Shown here: piece by piece, positions 49,094-58,553 of the stretch
How positions within the stretch are numbered: the stretch's first letter is position 1
How the letters are laid out: each line of letters starts with the position of its first letter
Origin: Longimicrobiales bacterium
Lineage (GTDB): Bacteria; Gemmatimonadota; Gemmatimonadetes; Longimicrobiales; Gaopeijiaceae
Length of the DNA stretch: 64,000 bases
Assembly: GCA_965226375.1 (NCBI GenBank)
Contig: CBDDCX010000005.1
Location: 96,001 to 160,000 of the forward strand
Direction: 5' to 3'
Program-made: the position numbers and the translations under genes
Notes under the pieces: model-generated
Seen by the model: the letters and a program-made list of their open reading frames with translations, nothing else
Database searches by the model: none
Told to the model about the DNA's origin: nothing

Positions 49094-50686
49094 ATGGAAC
49101 CCACCAGAAAACGTATCCTGTGGGTCGACGACGAGATCCACCTTCTCCGACCACACCTCCTGTTTTTGCAGGCTCGAGGGTACCATGTCGACGCCATCAC
49201 CAACGGCGACGACGCGCTGGTGCTCATTCGGAAGCAGCCCTACGACCTGGTCCTGCTCGACGAGCAGATGCCGGGGATGCGGGGCCTCGAGGTGCTGGAG
49301 ATCCTGCGCCGAGAAGATCCTCACGCTCGCGTGGTCATGGTGACCAAGTCGGAGGAGGACCACACCATGACCGAGGCGATCGGACGGCGTGTGGCGGACT
49401 ACCTGGTCAAGCCTACGAGTCCCCGGCAGGTCCTGTCGGTGGTGACGCGCATCCTGGAGGGGTCGTCCATAAGGCAGCAGCGGGTGGCACAGGACTTCGC
49501 GGCCCGCTTCGGGCGGCTGTCCATGAAGCGTGAGGAGGCGCGGTCGGCCGCCGACTTCGCGGAGGTCTACATCGAGCTTACGGATTGGCACGTGCGACTC
49601 GAGGAGGCGGGCGAGGTTGGTCTGCTCGACACGGTCCAGTCGCTGCTGATCGATCTGCGTACCGACTTCGGTGTGTGGGTCGGCAAGGAATATCCACGGT
49701 GGCTGCGTGACGAGGGCGAAAGGCCTCCCCTCTCCGTTGATGTGGTCGAAACGCACATCGTTCCGCTGTTGGGCGAGGATCCGGTTTTTCTCGTGGTCTT
49801 GGACTGCATGCGGCTGGATCAGTGGCGGGTCATGGCCCCACTCCTGGCCCAACATTTCGAGATAGAGGAGTCGTACCACTACTCGATCTTGCCCACGGCC
49901 ACCCCCTATTCCAGGAACGCGATCTTCAGCGGTCAGTACCCGGATCAGATCGCCCGAGACCGGCCGAGTTGGTGGGATCGCTCCGACGATGAGGGCAGCC
50001 TGAACGCGTTCGAGGACGAGCTGCTGGAGGAGCAGTTGGAGCGTATTACCGGTCGCAAGGTGCCGGTGCACTACGAGAAGATTTTCACCGATCGCAACAG
50101 CGAACAGGTGCGGAGTCGGGTCCGTTCGGCGCTCAAACAGCCGGGTTCCGTGATCGCCATGGTGTTCAACTTCGTAGACCTCATGACCCATGGCCGAAGC
50201 GAGTCGCCCATCCTCATGGAGGTTGCGAAGGACGAGGCGGCGCTACGCGGGCTGACGAGAGCGTGGTTCAAGGGATCTACCGCGTTCTCCGTTCTGAAGG
50301 AGGCGGCGGCCGCAGGTCACAAGGTGATCATGACCACCGATCACGGCTCCATTCTGTGCCAGCATCCGACGACCGTGTTCGCTCGGCGCGATGCCACGAG
50401 CAACCTTCGCTACAAGTTCGGCCAGGATCTCCGAGCCGAAGACCCGTCTGCGGCGTTCTCGACGTCCAACCACGCCGACCTTCGCCTGCCCGAGGGGAGG
50501 TTGGGCACGACGTACGTGCTGGCTCTGGACGACTACTTTTTTGTGTATCCCACCAAGCTGAGGGAGTACCAGCAGAGGTACCGGAACTCCTTCCTGCACG
50601 GGGGCATCTCGCCGGAGGAGATGATCGTGCCGATTGCGCGGCTCACCCCGCGCGCCACCGGAGTACCGATCGCGGGGAATATCTAG
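49094..50686 (+). CDS. PorX-like response regulator (REC + PglZ/alkaline-phosphatase domain)
   Basis: ILWVDDE...LLDEQMPG...YLVKP receiver; LDCMR, LPTATPYSRNAIFSG, TTDHG and HGGISPEE. Confidence 0.9.
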   Translation: MEPTRKRILWVDDEIHLLRPHLLFLQARGYHVDAITNGDDALVLIRKQPYDLVLLDEQMPGMRGLEVLEILRREDPHARVVMVTKSEEDHTMTEAIGRRVADYLVKPTSPRQVLSVVTRILEGSSIRQQRVAQDFAARFGRLSMKREEARSAADFAEVYIELTDWHVRLEEAGEVGLLDTVQSLLIDLRTDFGVWVGKEYPRWLRDEGERPPLSVDVVETHIVPLLGEDPVFLVVLDCMRLDQWRVMAPLLAQHFEIEESYHYSILPTATPYSRNAIFSGQYPDQIARDRPSWWDRSDDEGSLNAFEDELLEEQLERITGRKVPVHYEKIFTDRNSEQVRSRVRSALKQPGSVIAMVFNFVDLMTHGRSESPILMEVAKDEAALRGLTRAWFKGSTAFSVLKEAAAAGHKVIMTTDHGSILCQHPTTVFARRDATSNLRYKFGQDLRAEDPSAAFSTSNHADLRLPEGRLGTTYVLALDDYFFVYPTKLREYQQRYRNSFLHGGISPEEMIVPIARLTPRATGVPIAGNI

Positions 50687-50834
50687 TGTCCTGTCCCAGG
50701 ACAACGCCGCCAGGGTGGATGCAGCGGTTCCCGAGCCGAGCGACCTGCACGCTTCTTTTGAGTGCCGAGTTGACCGCGAGACGATCGAAGCGTAGCGAGA
50801 TCAATGCCGGCGTATTTCCGGGACAGGACACTAG
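50683..50834. mobile_element. MITE-like element with CTAG at both ends
   Basis: CTAGTGTCCTGTCCCAGGACAACGCCG vs the reverse complement of 50808-50834, 23/27 match with the first 15 bp perfect; about 100 bp non-coding core. Confidence 0.7.
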
Positions 50835-50843
50835 GGGCTTCCT

Positions 50844-51962
50844 CTACCGTGCCCGGCCCAACTCGGCGAGGTGTGCGTACAGTTCCAGATAAGCATCCAC
50901 GACGGCACCGACGCTGTGGCTTTGCTCCACGGTGCGACGGCCCGCCTCCACCAGAGCCTCGACGTGGGCGGCGTCGGCATGGAGCAGATCGAGGACGCGG
51001 TGCGCCAGGCCCTCAGGATCAGCAACGGGTGTGAGCAGGCCGTCCTGGTTGTCGGTGACCAGCTCTTCGGCACCGAGACTTCGGGTGCTCACCAGCGGGG
51101 CGCCGTGGAACCAGGACTCGAGGATCACGTTGCCCAGAGGCTCGTGACGGGACGGACAAACGAAGATATCCGCCGCGCGAAAGTAGGCTCCCGGATGCTG
51201 TATCCACCCGGGCCAGCGGACGTGCTCCGCGATGTCGAGCTGGCGCGCCTTCTGTTCGAGGACACTCCGGTCCGGCCCGTCGCCCGCGATCACCAGCACC
51301 ATCGGTCGCTCTGGCTCGATGGAGCGAAGTTGGGAGAACGCTTGGAGGAGGTCGACGAAGCCCTTCTTCTCGACAAAACGACCGAGAGCGAAGATCAGCG
51401 TGGATTCGGGAGAGATGCCGAGCGTTGCCCGAACGTCCTCCGGCGCTCCCTCCGGAGCAGAGTCAGCCACGAAGTTTCCGATATGGAAGACACGCCCCCG
51501 GGGGAAGCCGAGACCGATCAGATGATCGCAGATGCCCCGGGTATTCCCCACCCAGGCGTCGGCATGCCGATACGCGTTGGCCCGGTAGAACCCCCCCAGA
51601 CGGGCCACGTGAAGCGTCTCGCTTTGTTTGGGAATCCGTGTCAGACGGCTGGCCCGGCCCAGGTATGTCTGGACCACCGCGGGTCGATGCCGCCGCACCA
51701 GCTCTCGGATTCGCCGAACCGTAAACACATCCAGTCCGTTGCGCATGCCCGTACCGATCACGGGGACATCGCCTAGTTCGTCTTGTAGCGGGGTGCCCGA
51801 ACGGACCACTCCCATGGACGGGTACTCGCGGTCGTTCAGACCTCGGAGCAGTCTGGCGAAGAAGGCCTCGGCTCCACCGAGGTGGCGGCTGCCGCAGGCG
51901 TGGATCGATCGAATCGGGCTGGAGTTCTTCACGATAAGAGAATACGGTAGCTTGACCGTCAT
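50844..51962 (-). CDS. Glycosyltransferase family 4
   Basis: GGAE, GRFVEKKGF, GDGP and PSRHEPLGNVILE. Confidence 0.92.
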   Translation of the reverse strand: MTVKLPYSLIVKNSSPIRSIHACGSRHLGGAEAFFARLLRGLNDREYPSMGVVRSGTPLQDELGDVPVIGTGMRNGLDVFTVRRIRELVRRHRPAVVQTYLGRASRLTRIPKQSETLHVARLGGFYRANAYRHADAWVGNTRGICDHLIGLGFPRGRVFHIGNFVADSAPEGAPEDVRATLGISPESTLIFALGRFVEKKGFVDLLQAFSQLRSIEPERPMVLVIAGDGPDRSVLEQKARQLDIAEHVRWPGWIQHPGAYFRAADIFVCPSRHEPLGNVILESWFHGAPLVSTRSLGAEELVTDNQDGLLTPVADPEGLAHRVLDLLHADAAHVEALVEAGRRTVEQSHSVGAVVDAYLELYAHLAELGRAR

Positions 51963-52001
51963 GAACCATCCAGAGGACGAGAGAGGCTCGGGCCGGTCCT
52001 A

Positions 52002-53855
52002 GTGAAGCTCTATCTCCGCATCCTTTCCTACCTGAGGCCTCATGCCGGCGTCTTTGCAGCGGCTGTGGTGTCTACGTTCATCTTCGCGGCCCTCGACGCG
52101 TCTGCGTTCGTACTGCTGATTCCCTTCGTCGAGACGCTCTTTTCCGGACAGGCGACGGGAGCCGACGCGGTTGGGGCGGGCGGTGCGGACCCGGACCCGA
52201 TGACTCGGCTGCTCGACGCAACGGTCTATCGGGTCGTGGACGTCGAGGGAGATCCTCTCCAGGCGGTCCAGGGGATCATCCTGTTGATTCTGGCGATCTT
52301 CGTCGTCAAGAACCTGTTCGACTTCGGGCGGACCTACCTTGTGGCCCGGGCTGAGCAGTCGGTGACCCGCGACCTGCGCAATGCGGTGTACGATCATCTT
52401 CTGGATCTGGATCTGGCGTTCTTCGGTCGTACCCGTGTAGGGCAGATCGCCTCGCGGCTCACGCACGACGTGGAGCAGGTCCGACGGCTCATTACCAAGG
52501 AGCTGGCCAGGATCCTGTCCTCAGGTTTCGAGTTCATCGCCGCCGTGGCGTTCATGGTCCTCCTGTCCTGGAAGCTCACACTTGCGGCTTTCATCGTGAT
52601 TCCCGGCACCATGGGCGTATGGGGACCGCTGGTGAAGCGTCTGCGCGGGGGCGACCGGCGGGTGCTGGATCTTGCCGGGGATGTGAATGCCCACATCCAG
52701 GAGACTCTGGCGGGCATCCGCCTGGTAAAGTCGTCGGCCGCGGAGCAGATGGAGCGCGGGCGTTTTCACGGTATCACCAGCGACTACTACAAGACCTTTG
52801 TCAGGACCGAGCGGCTGCGGGCGTTGGCCGGGCCCCTCACAGAGACCCTGGCGACTCTCGGCACGGTGGTCATCCTCTGGTACGGGGCGCGTCTGGTGGT
52901 TGTGCAGGGCGAGTTGAGTGGTGCACAGTTCGTCGGGTTCCTGGCCCTCAGCCTAAAGCTGTACGCTCCGGTGAAGTACGTCGCCAAGTTTCCCGCTCTG
53001 GTGCAGCCCGGTCTCGCGGGAGCCGAGCGGGTCTTCGAGTTCCTCGACGCACCGGTGGAGATCCGAGATCGGCCGGGTGCCAGGCCGCTGACGGGACCCA
53101 AGACGGGCATCGCCTTCGAGGAGGTGGACTTCGAGTACGAGTCCGGTGAGCCGGTGCTCCGCGGGATCTCGTTCGACGTGCCCAAGGGTAGCGTGGTCGC
53201 CCTGGTGGGTCCGAGTGGAGGCGGGAAGACGACCATCGTGGATCTGCTGGGACGGTTCTACGACGTGACCGCCGGACGGGTCGCACTCGACGGCGTCGAC
53301 GTACGAGACCTCACTCTCTCCAGCCTCCGGGGCGCGATGGGCATCGTCTCGCAGGAAACGGTGCTCTTCCACGACACGGTCGGGGCCAATATCGCCTACG
53401 GTGCGACCGATGCGACCCAAGAAGAGGTCGAGCGGGCCGCGCGCGCAGCGAACGCCCACGACTTCATCGTCGCGCTGCCCGGGGGATACGACACCGTGGT
53501 GGGAGAGCGCGGCACACGGCTCTCCGGAGGACAGCGCCAGCGCGTCGCGATCGCCCGGGCCATCCTCAGGGACCCGCCCATTCTGGTCTTCGATGAGGCC
53601 ACGAGTGCCCTCGACGCCGAGTCGGAGCGGCTGGTGCAGGAAGCGGTGGAGCACCTTCTCGCGGGCCGGACCGTACTGGTCATCGCTCACCGACTCTCCA
53701 CGGTCCAGCGCGCCGACCTTATCCTGGTTGTCGATGAGGGACGGATCGTAGAGCGGGGTGACCACGATTCACTCCACGCTGCCGGGGGACTCTATCGTCG
53801 GCTATACGAGCTTCAGTTCTCGGAGTCCCTCCCGGGCGACGCCTTGGAGTCCTGA
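52002..53855 (+). CDS. msbA: MsbA-like ABC exporter (lipid A flippase)
   Basis: Six-TM domain, GPSGGGKT, LSGGQRQR, DEATSALD and IAHRLST; LPS gene context. Confidence 0.82.
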   Translation: MKLYLRILSYLRPHAGVFAAAVVSTFIFAALDASAFVLLIPFVETLFSGQATGADAVGAGGADPDPMTRLLDATVYRVVDVEGDPLQAVQGIILLILAIFVVKNLFDFGRTYLVARAEQSVTRDLRNAVYDHLLDLDLAFFGRTRVGQIASRLTHDVEQVRRLITKELARILSSGFEFIAAVAFMVLLSWKLTLAAFIVIPGTMGVWGPLVKRLRGGDRRVLDLAGDVNAHIQETLAGIRLVKSSAAEQMERGRFHGITSDYYKTFVRTERLRALAGPLTETLATLGTVVILWYGARLVVVQGELSGAQFVGFLALSLKLYAPVKYVAKFPALVQPGLAGAERVFEFLDAPVEIRDRPGARPLTGPKTGIAFEEVDFEYESGEPVLRGISFDVPKGSVVALVGPSGGGKTTIVDLLGRFYDVTAGRVALDGVDVRDLTLSSLRGAMGIVSQETVLFHDTVGANIAYGATDATQEEVERAARAANAHDFIVALPGGYDTVVGERGTRLSGGQRQRVAIARAILRDPPILVFDEATSALDAESERLVQEAVEHLLAGRTVLVIAHRLSTVQRADLILVVDEGRIVERGDHDSLHAAGGLYRRLYELQFSESLPGDALES

Positions 53856-53860
53856 GCCCG

Positions 53861-54757
53861 GTGTCCTTCCGGTACCGTCTGGAGTTCCTGGCGTTTCGAG
53901 TGCTTGCCTGGATGATCGGTGTGGTTCCGGAGCGGCTTGCGCTCGGTACGTGTGCGGCGTTGGGATGGTTGGCCGGGGTTGTCTTGCGCATCCGGCGCGC
54001 GGATGTGGACCGGCACCTCGCCCTCGCGTTTCCTGAGGAGGACTCGGCGTGGAGAAGGCGTGTAGCACGGGACAGCTACCGCCATTTTGCCAGGGAGGCG
54101 GCCATGACGTTCCGCCTCTCCAATATGGATCCGGAGGAGGTCGTTCGGCGGACCGACATGGAGGGCTTCGAGGAGTTCCGGGAGGCGGTGGGGGAGGGCG
54201 CCGGTGCCGTGGTGGTTTCCGGCCACCTGGGTAACTGGGAGATTGCCGGGGCCTCGGCTGCCGCCCGCGGGGTACCGATGGATGTGGTGGCGCACCGCCA
54301 GAAGAATCCGCTCTTCGACCGCTATCTAGTGGAAACCCGCGCTCGCCTGGGACTGACGGTGATGGTCAAGAACGATGCGCTTCGCCTCGCGAGGCGCTCA
54401 CTCGCTGCCGGGCGGGTCGCCGCTTTCGTGGCGGATCAGAACATTCGCAGGCGAGGTGTCTTCGTGGATTTTTTCGGGAGTGCCGCGGCGACTCCCAAGG
54501 GCCCGGCCATGTTCGCCCTGCGGAGCGGTGCCCCTGTGTTTCTCGGCACAGCCGTTCGCCTCCCGGGCTGGCCATCCCGCTACAAGGTCAGGGCCGAGAG
54601 GGTGCCTGTTCGCCATGACCTACCGGTCGACGAGGCGATCCTGGAACTCACTCAACGCTACACCTCGATCCTCGAGCAGCGCATACGGGAGGCCCCCGAG
54701 CAGTACTTCTGGCAGCACCGTCGTTGGAAGACACGACCGTCTCCGGAACCGCGCTGA
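53861..54757 (+). CDS. Lipid A late acyltransferase (LpxL/HtrB family)
   Basis: HLGNWE, ADQ, FVDFFG and PEQYFWQHRRWK. Confidence 0.9.
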   Translation: MSFRYRLEFLAFRVLAWMIGVVPERLALGTCAALGWLAGVVLRIRRADVDRHLALAFPEEDSAWRRRVARDSYRHFAREAAMTFRLSNMDPEEVVRRTDMEGFEEFREAVGEGAGAVVVSGHLGNWEIAGASAAARGVPMDVVAHRQKNPLFDRYLVETRARLGLTVMVKNDALRLARRSLAAGRVAAFVADQNIRRRGVFVDFFGSAAATPKGPAMFALRSGAPVFLGTAVRLPGWPSRYKVRAERVPVRHDLPVDEAILELTQRYTSILEQRIREAPEQYFWQHRRWKTRPSPEPR

Positions 54758-54853
54758 TCGGGCCAGGAACCGCGCTGCGCGCGTATCTGTATTAGATTTC
54801 CGCCTCGTTCCCGGGTCCGAGCACCGGACCTGACCCTCTAATGGTGTGAGCCG

Positions 54854-55603
54854 TTGATCTACGTCTGCATTCCCGCGCACAACGAAGGCGAGACCGTCGG
54901 TGTGCTTCTCTGGAAAATCCGTAAGGTGATGCTGGAGTTCGGTCGGGAGTACGAGGTATTGGTCCTCGACGATGCATCTTCGGACGAGACCCCCGAGGTT
55001 CTGGGACGGTACCGTAATGTCCTGCCTGTCCGTGTCCTTCGGGAGGAACAGCGGGTGGGTTATTCACGTGCCGTAGAGCGACTGCTCCGTGAGGCGCTGG
55101 ATCGCTCGAGCTATCCCAAGCGAGACGCAGCGGTCGTTATCCAGGGCGACTTCACGGAGAACCCCGAGCACATCGTGGCGCTCATCAAAGCGTTCGAGGG
55201 CGGTGCCGACGTGGTGGCCGGAAGTGTCGAGGAGAACGGTCGCCCGATCCCGCGCCCGGTGAAGGTGGCACGATGGATGGCGCCCCTGGTCCTTGGCAAG
55301 GCCCATACGAGCGCTCCCGTATCCGATCCGCTTTGCGGCTTCCGGGCCTATCGCCTCGTCGTGCTAAAGAAGGCACTTAGAGACCGACCGGGACCGTTGC
55401 TCGCCGGGGAAGGCTGGGCGGCCAACCTCGAGCTTCTCGGGATCGTGGCGCCCTTTGCGCGACGCATCGCCGAGGCCCCTCTGAAGCTCCGCTACGACAT
55501 ACGCCAACGTCCCTCCAGATTCGGGACCATTCGAACCCTTCGCGGTCTGCTCCGTGTACGACGAGAGAAGTGGGAGGCTCTCGAACGGAAGGAAGCAGAC
55601 TGA
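54854..55603 (+). CDS. Glycosyltransferase family 2
   Basis: IPAHNE, LDDASSDET, QGDFT and SDPLCGFRAY. Confidence 0.88.
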   Translation: MIYVCIPAHNEGETVGVLLWKIRKVMLEFGREYEVLVLDDASSDETPEVLGRYRNVLPVRVLREEQRVGYSRAVERLLREALDRSSYPKRDAAVVIQGDFTENPEHIVALIKAFEGGADVVAGSVEENGRPIPRPVKVARWMAPLVLGKAHTSAPVSDPLCGFRAYRLVVLKKALRDRPGPLLAGEGWAANLELLGIVAPFARRIAEAPLKLRYDIRQRPSRFGTIRTLRGLLRVRREKWEALERKEAD

Positions 55604-56454
55604 TGCGTTTGGGCTGGACGGTGGGGTTCCTGGTAGTTGTCACACCGCTCAGGGTGGCGGCGCAGGTGTCCAACGGATCCGTGAACGGTGGCACCGTCGA
55701 TGCCGGGACCGCCGATTCAGCGGCCGTCGTGCAATACGAGATCGATCCGCTCGCCGCCGTCGTCCCGTGGGGCCCCGGCGAGCGCCTGGAGTATGGAGTC
55801 AAGCTCGGGATCTTCAATGCCGGCGAAGCTCACATGGAGGTTATCGAAGTGGACTCGGTTCGCGGGGAGCCCACCTACCATATCCAGATGGCCCTCCGCG
55901 GAAGTCTCCTCTTCGGCGCTGCCAAGCTCGATGATCACTGGGACTCGTGGATCGACACACGTCTCTTGCTCACACGGCGCTACATCCGGGACCTCAAGGA
56001 GCCCGGTTATACGACTTACCGGCAATACGAATTCTATCCCGAGGAGCTCTATTGGGAGCGGGCTGACAACGACGAGTCGGGCGACCTGGCTACAGCGCTG
56101 CCGCTCGACGACATCGCCTTCATCTATTATGTGCGAACCCTTCCTCTCGAGGTCGGCAAGACCTATACGGTTCCACGCTACTTCAAGAAGGAAGGCAACC
56201 CGGTCATCATCTACGTGGAGGGCAGAGACGTCCGCGAGACGGACGCGGGCACCTTCAACACGATCGTGGTGCGCCCCACCATCAAGACCAGCGGCCTCTT
56301 CAGCGAGGGAGGCGAGGCGGAGCTCCACTTTACGGACGACGAGCACCGATACCTCGTCTACATGCGCATCAAGATGCCCGTTGTCGGGTCCATCACTCTC
56401 CATCTCGACCGCATCACGCAGGGCACGCCCATCCATCCGGGCGCGGGCGGATAG
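55603..56454 (+). CDS. DUF3108-like exported protein
   Basis: Signal peptide, GERLEY, E.DAGTF.T..V.P and FTDDE; TGATG coupling to the upstream gene. Confidence 0.7.
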   Translation: MRLGWTVGFLVVVTPLRVAAQVSNGSVNGGTVDAGTADSAAVVQYEIDPLAAVVPWGPGERLEYGVKLGIFNAGEAHMEVIEVDSVRGEPTYHIQMALRGSLLFGAAKLDDHWDSWIDTRLLLTRRYIRDLKEPGYTTYRQYEFYPEELYWERADNDESGDLATALPLDDIAFIYYVRTLPLEVGKTYTVPRYFKKEGNPVIIYVEGRDVRETDAGTFNTIVVRPTIKTSGLFSEGGEAELHFTDDEHRYLVYMRIKMPVVGSITLHLDRITQGTPIHPGAGG

Positions 56455-56480
56455 CATCCGTTGCTCGATGCGATCGAATC

Positions 56481-57074
56481 GTGATCGCTCGTCGGGCACC
56501 CACCACTGATTCTCGCCCGGTGCCGATCTCACTGAGAAAGCTCCGCCTGAGGGCCGTCTGGCTTCTTATCGTTCCGTTTTACTACTTCGCCACGCCGGCG
56601 GCCTCGACCCTGGTCCTGGGTGTGGCGTTGGGGTCGGTCGGGCTGACGATCCGGGCGTGGGCGGCAGGTTCGATCGAGAAGAACCGGGAGCTGGCCACCG
56701 ACGGTCCCTACGCCTACACCCGCAACCCGTTGTATCTGGGCAGCTTTTTCCTGGGCCTCGGCGTGACCGCGGCGGGGGGACAGTGGGTTTTCATGGCCCT
56801 CTTCCTGGCGTTCTACCTATCCGTCTATCGGGCCACGGCCCTTCGGGAAGAGTCGGAACTGGAAAAGGCATTCGGCGAGTCGTACCGGACCTACTCTGCG
56901 GCGGTGCCGTTCTTCGTGCCTCGCTTCTCACCCTACCGGGGGTCGGTGGAGACACCTGCTGCGGGCCACCGCTTCTCGGTGGCGCAATACGTCAGGAATC
57001 GGGAGTGGGAGGCCGGTCTCGGTGCGGTGGCCGGCTACGGTGTTCTGGTGCTCAAGATGGTCCTTCTGGGCTGA
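56481..57074 (+). CDS. Isoprenylcysteine carboxyl methyltransferase / PEMT family membrane methyltransferase
   Basis: IRAWAAG, LATDGPYAYTRNPLYLGS and EESELEKAFGESY..Y...VP.F.P. Confidence 0.9.
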   Translation: MIARRAPTTDSRPVPISLRKLRLRAVWLLIVPFYYFATPAASTLVLGVALGSVGLTIRAWAAGSIEKNRELATDGPYAYTRNPLYLGSFFLGLGVTAAGGQWVFMALFLAFYLSVYRATALREESELEKAFGESYRTYSAAVPFFVPRFSPYRGSVETPAAGHRFSVAQYVRNREWEAGLGAVAGYGVLVLKMVLLG

Positions 57075-57099
57075 GCCGTCTCGGTGCCTACCTCCTTCT

Positions 57100-58260
57100 T
57101 TACCGGCTCGCCCACCAGTCCCGGGGTGCCATGCGCTTTCCGTAACCCAGCTTGACGTCGAGCCAAAGCATGAGACGCCTGAGGGGAGTGCCGGCCAACC
57201 ATTGCCCCACGCGGGCCCACCATTTGGTGTAGTCCTTGTTGTAAGGGCAAACTCGCACGCAGATCGAGCAGTCCGTGTTTTGTGCGGTCCAATAGCCGAA
57301 GCACTTCTCCCCATCCACGGACCACTTGCTCACACCGCGAATGTTGGACTCGTTGTATCGGTCGGTGCTGGGATCGTCTCCGGAGATGGCTTTGACCGGG
57401 CATGCGTCCGAGCAGCGCCTGCACACCTCGCAGAACTCCTGCACGCCGAAACGAATGGGTGCATCGTGCGCCAACGGGACGTCGGTGAAGACCTTTCCCA
57501 AGCGCACGCGTGGCCCGAACTCCTTCGTGATCAAGAGACCGAGCCGACCGTATTCGCCTAATCCGGCCTGGATCGCGGTCGGAATGGCCAGAGAGGTATC
57601 GTTCATGCTGGCCACGGCCCGGTACCCGAGGTTCTGGATGTACTGGGCCAGGGAAATCACAACCATGGCGTCGCGGGAGTAGCCGTGGCCCGTGGCCGCC
57701 CCACTCAGAGCAGAGGGTACGGTACGGATCAGGTCGTGGTCCATCGACTGGGCCGTCACGATCACGCTGGTCATGCCCTCAGGGATCTCCTGAGGTTTCT
57801 CACGCTTGCTCATGTCGCTGAACTTGTTGACGTACATCCAGCGCTCGTCGAACCGCGTGATGCCGACCAGGTCTGCACCAAAGGTCTTGGCTACGTGCTT
57901 GATCTCGTTCGCGGCCTGTTCGGGGGTGCCGAGGTCGATCTTCTCCGGCGCCACACCGCGGTAAAGCGTGAACTCGTCGCTGAAGCCCTCACGGCGATCC
58001 TCGTCTTCCTTGAGCTCGGTGAAGAGATCGCTCACGTGCCACGAGGCGTTCCGGAGTGCGTAGTCCTTCTGCGTGAAGCCGTCTGCCTTCCTGAAGGTCT
58101 TCAGGGGCTCCCGGTAGGTGGCGTAGAACAGCCGGGCCTTCTCGCTCCGGATACGCTCATCCCACCACGAGCGTCTGAACACGTCGTTCTTCTGGTTGAA
58201 GCGCTCGAAGTCATCCCGGATGTCGAAGCCTGCGGCTTCGTCGTGCTCACCTGAGGACAC
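57100..58260 (-). CDS. Reductive dehalogenase (RdhA-family) homologue, no Tat leader
   Basis: FGADLVGI, AGLGEYGRLG, GPRVRL.KVFTD.PL..D.P, CX2CX2CX3CP and CX10CX2CX3CP; GAGGAG RBS before the GTG. Confidence 0.85.
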   Translation of the reverse strand: MSSGEHDEAAGFDIRDDFERFNQKNDVFRRSWWDERIRSEKARLFYATYREPLKTFRKADGFTQKDYALRNASWHVSDLFTELKEDEDRREGFSDEFTLYRGVAPEKIDLGTPEQAANEIKHVAKTFGADLVGITRFDERWMYVNKFSDMSKREKPQEIPEGMTSVIVTAQSMDHDLIRTVPSALSGAATGHGYSRDAMVVISLAQYIQNLGYRAVASMNDTSLAIPTAIQAGLGEYGRLGLLITKEFGPRVRLGKVFTDVPLAHDAPIRFGVQEFCEVCRRCSDACPVKAISGDDPSTDRYNESNIRGVSKWSVDGEKCFGYWTAQNTDCSICVRVCPYNKDYTKWWARVGQWLAGTPLRRLMLWLDVKLGYGKRMAPRDWWASR

Positions 58261-58396
58261 GGGACTCCTCGAACCGTTCGGTGAAGGTCGCCGGCGTCCC
58301 GTCTATCGACTGCTTCCGTTCCGTCGCCTGAGCTTCACAGCCGGTGACGCACAGGAGCAAGATCGAGACTCCGAGGGTGACCTGTCTGGTTTTCAT
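58247..58396 (-). CDS. Short lipoprotein-signal ORF (49 aa), possibly a remnant
   Basis: MKTRQVTLGVSILLLCVTGC lipobox-like N-terminus; overlaps the start of the dehalogenase gene. Confidence 0.4.
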   Translation of the reverse strand: MKTRQVTLGVSILLLCVTGCEAQATERKQSIDGTPATFTERFEESRVLR

Positions 58397-58553
58397 GGCG
58401 GTACCACCGTCTTGCGGCGTCGAGACGTCTTTGCGGGAACCGACGGAAAAGGGGGACTCCGAGACTGAGAAGAGTACACCGGAAAGCCCTGCGCCGCTCG
58501 TGCGAATATATAGGGCGATGGCCCCGATCATGACCTGAATCGAAAGAGGTCCC

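Noticed and set aside
49094..50686. BREX defence system, suggested by the PglZ domain
   Set aside because: The domain is fused to a receiver domain (PorX type), and no brxC, pglX or brxL genes are nearby.
57100..58260. Epoxyqueuosine reductase QueG as the identity of the Fe-S/B12 protein
   Set aside because: The DYH and CISYLTIE/GCD.CQ motifs are absent, and the second cluster spacing is RdhA-like.
58400..58550. Cobalamin riboswitch upstream of the dehalogenase
   Set aside because: No B12-box or conserved GGGAA/GCCACTG core is visible on either strand.
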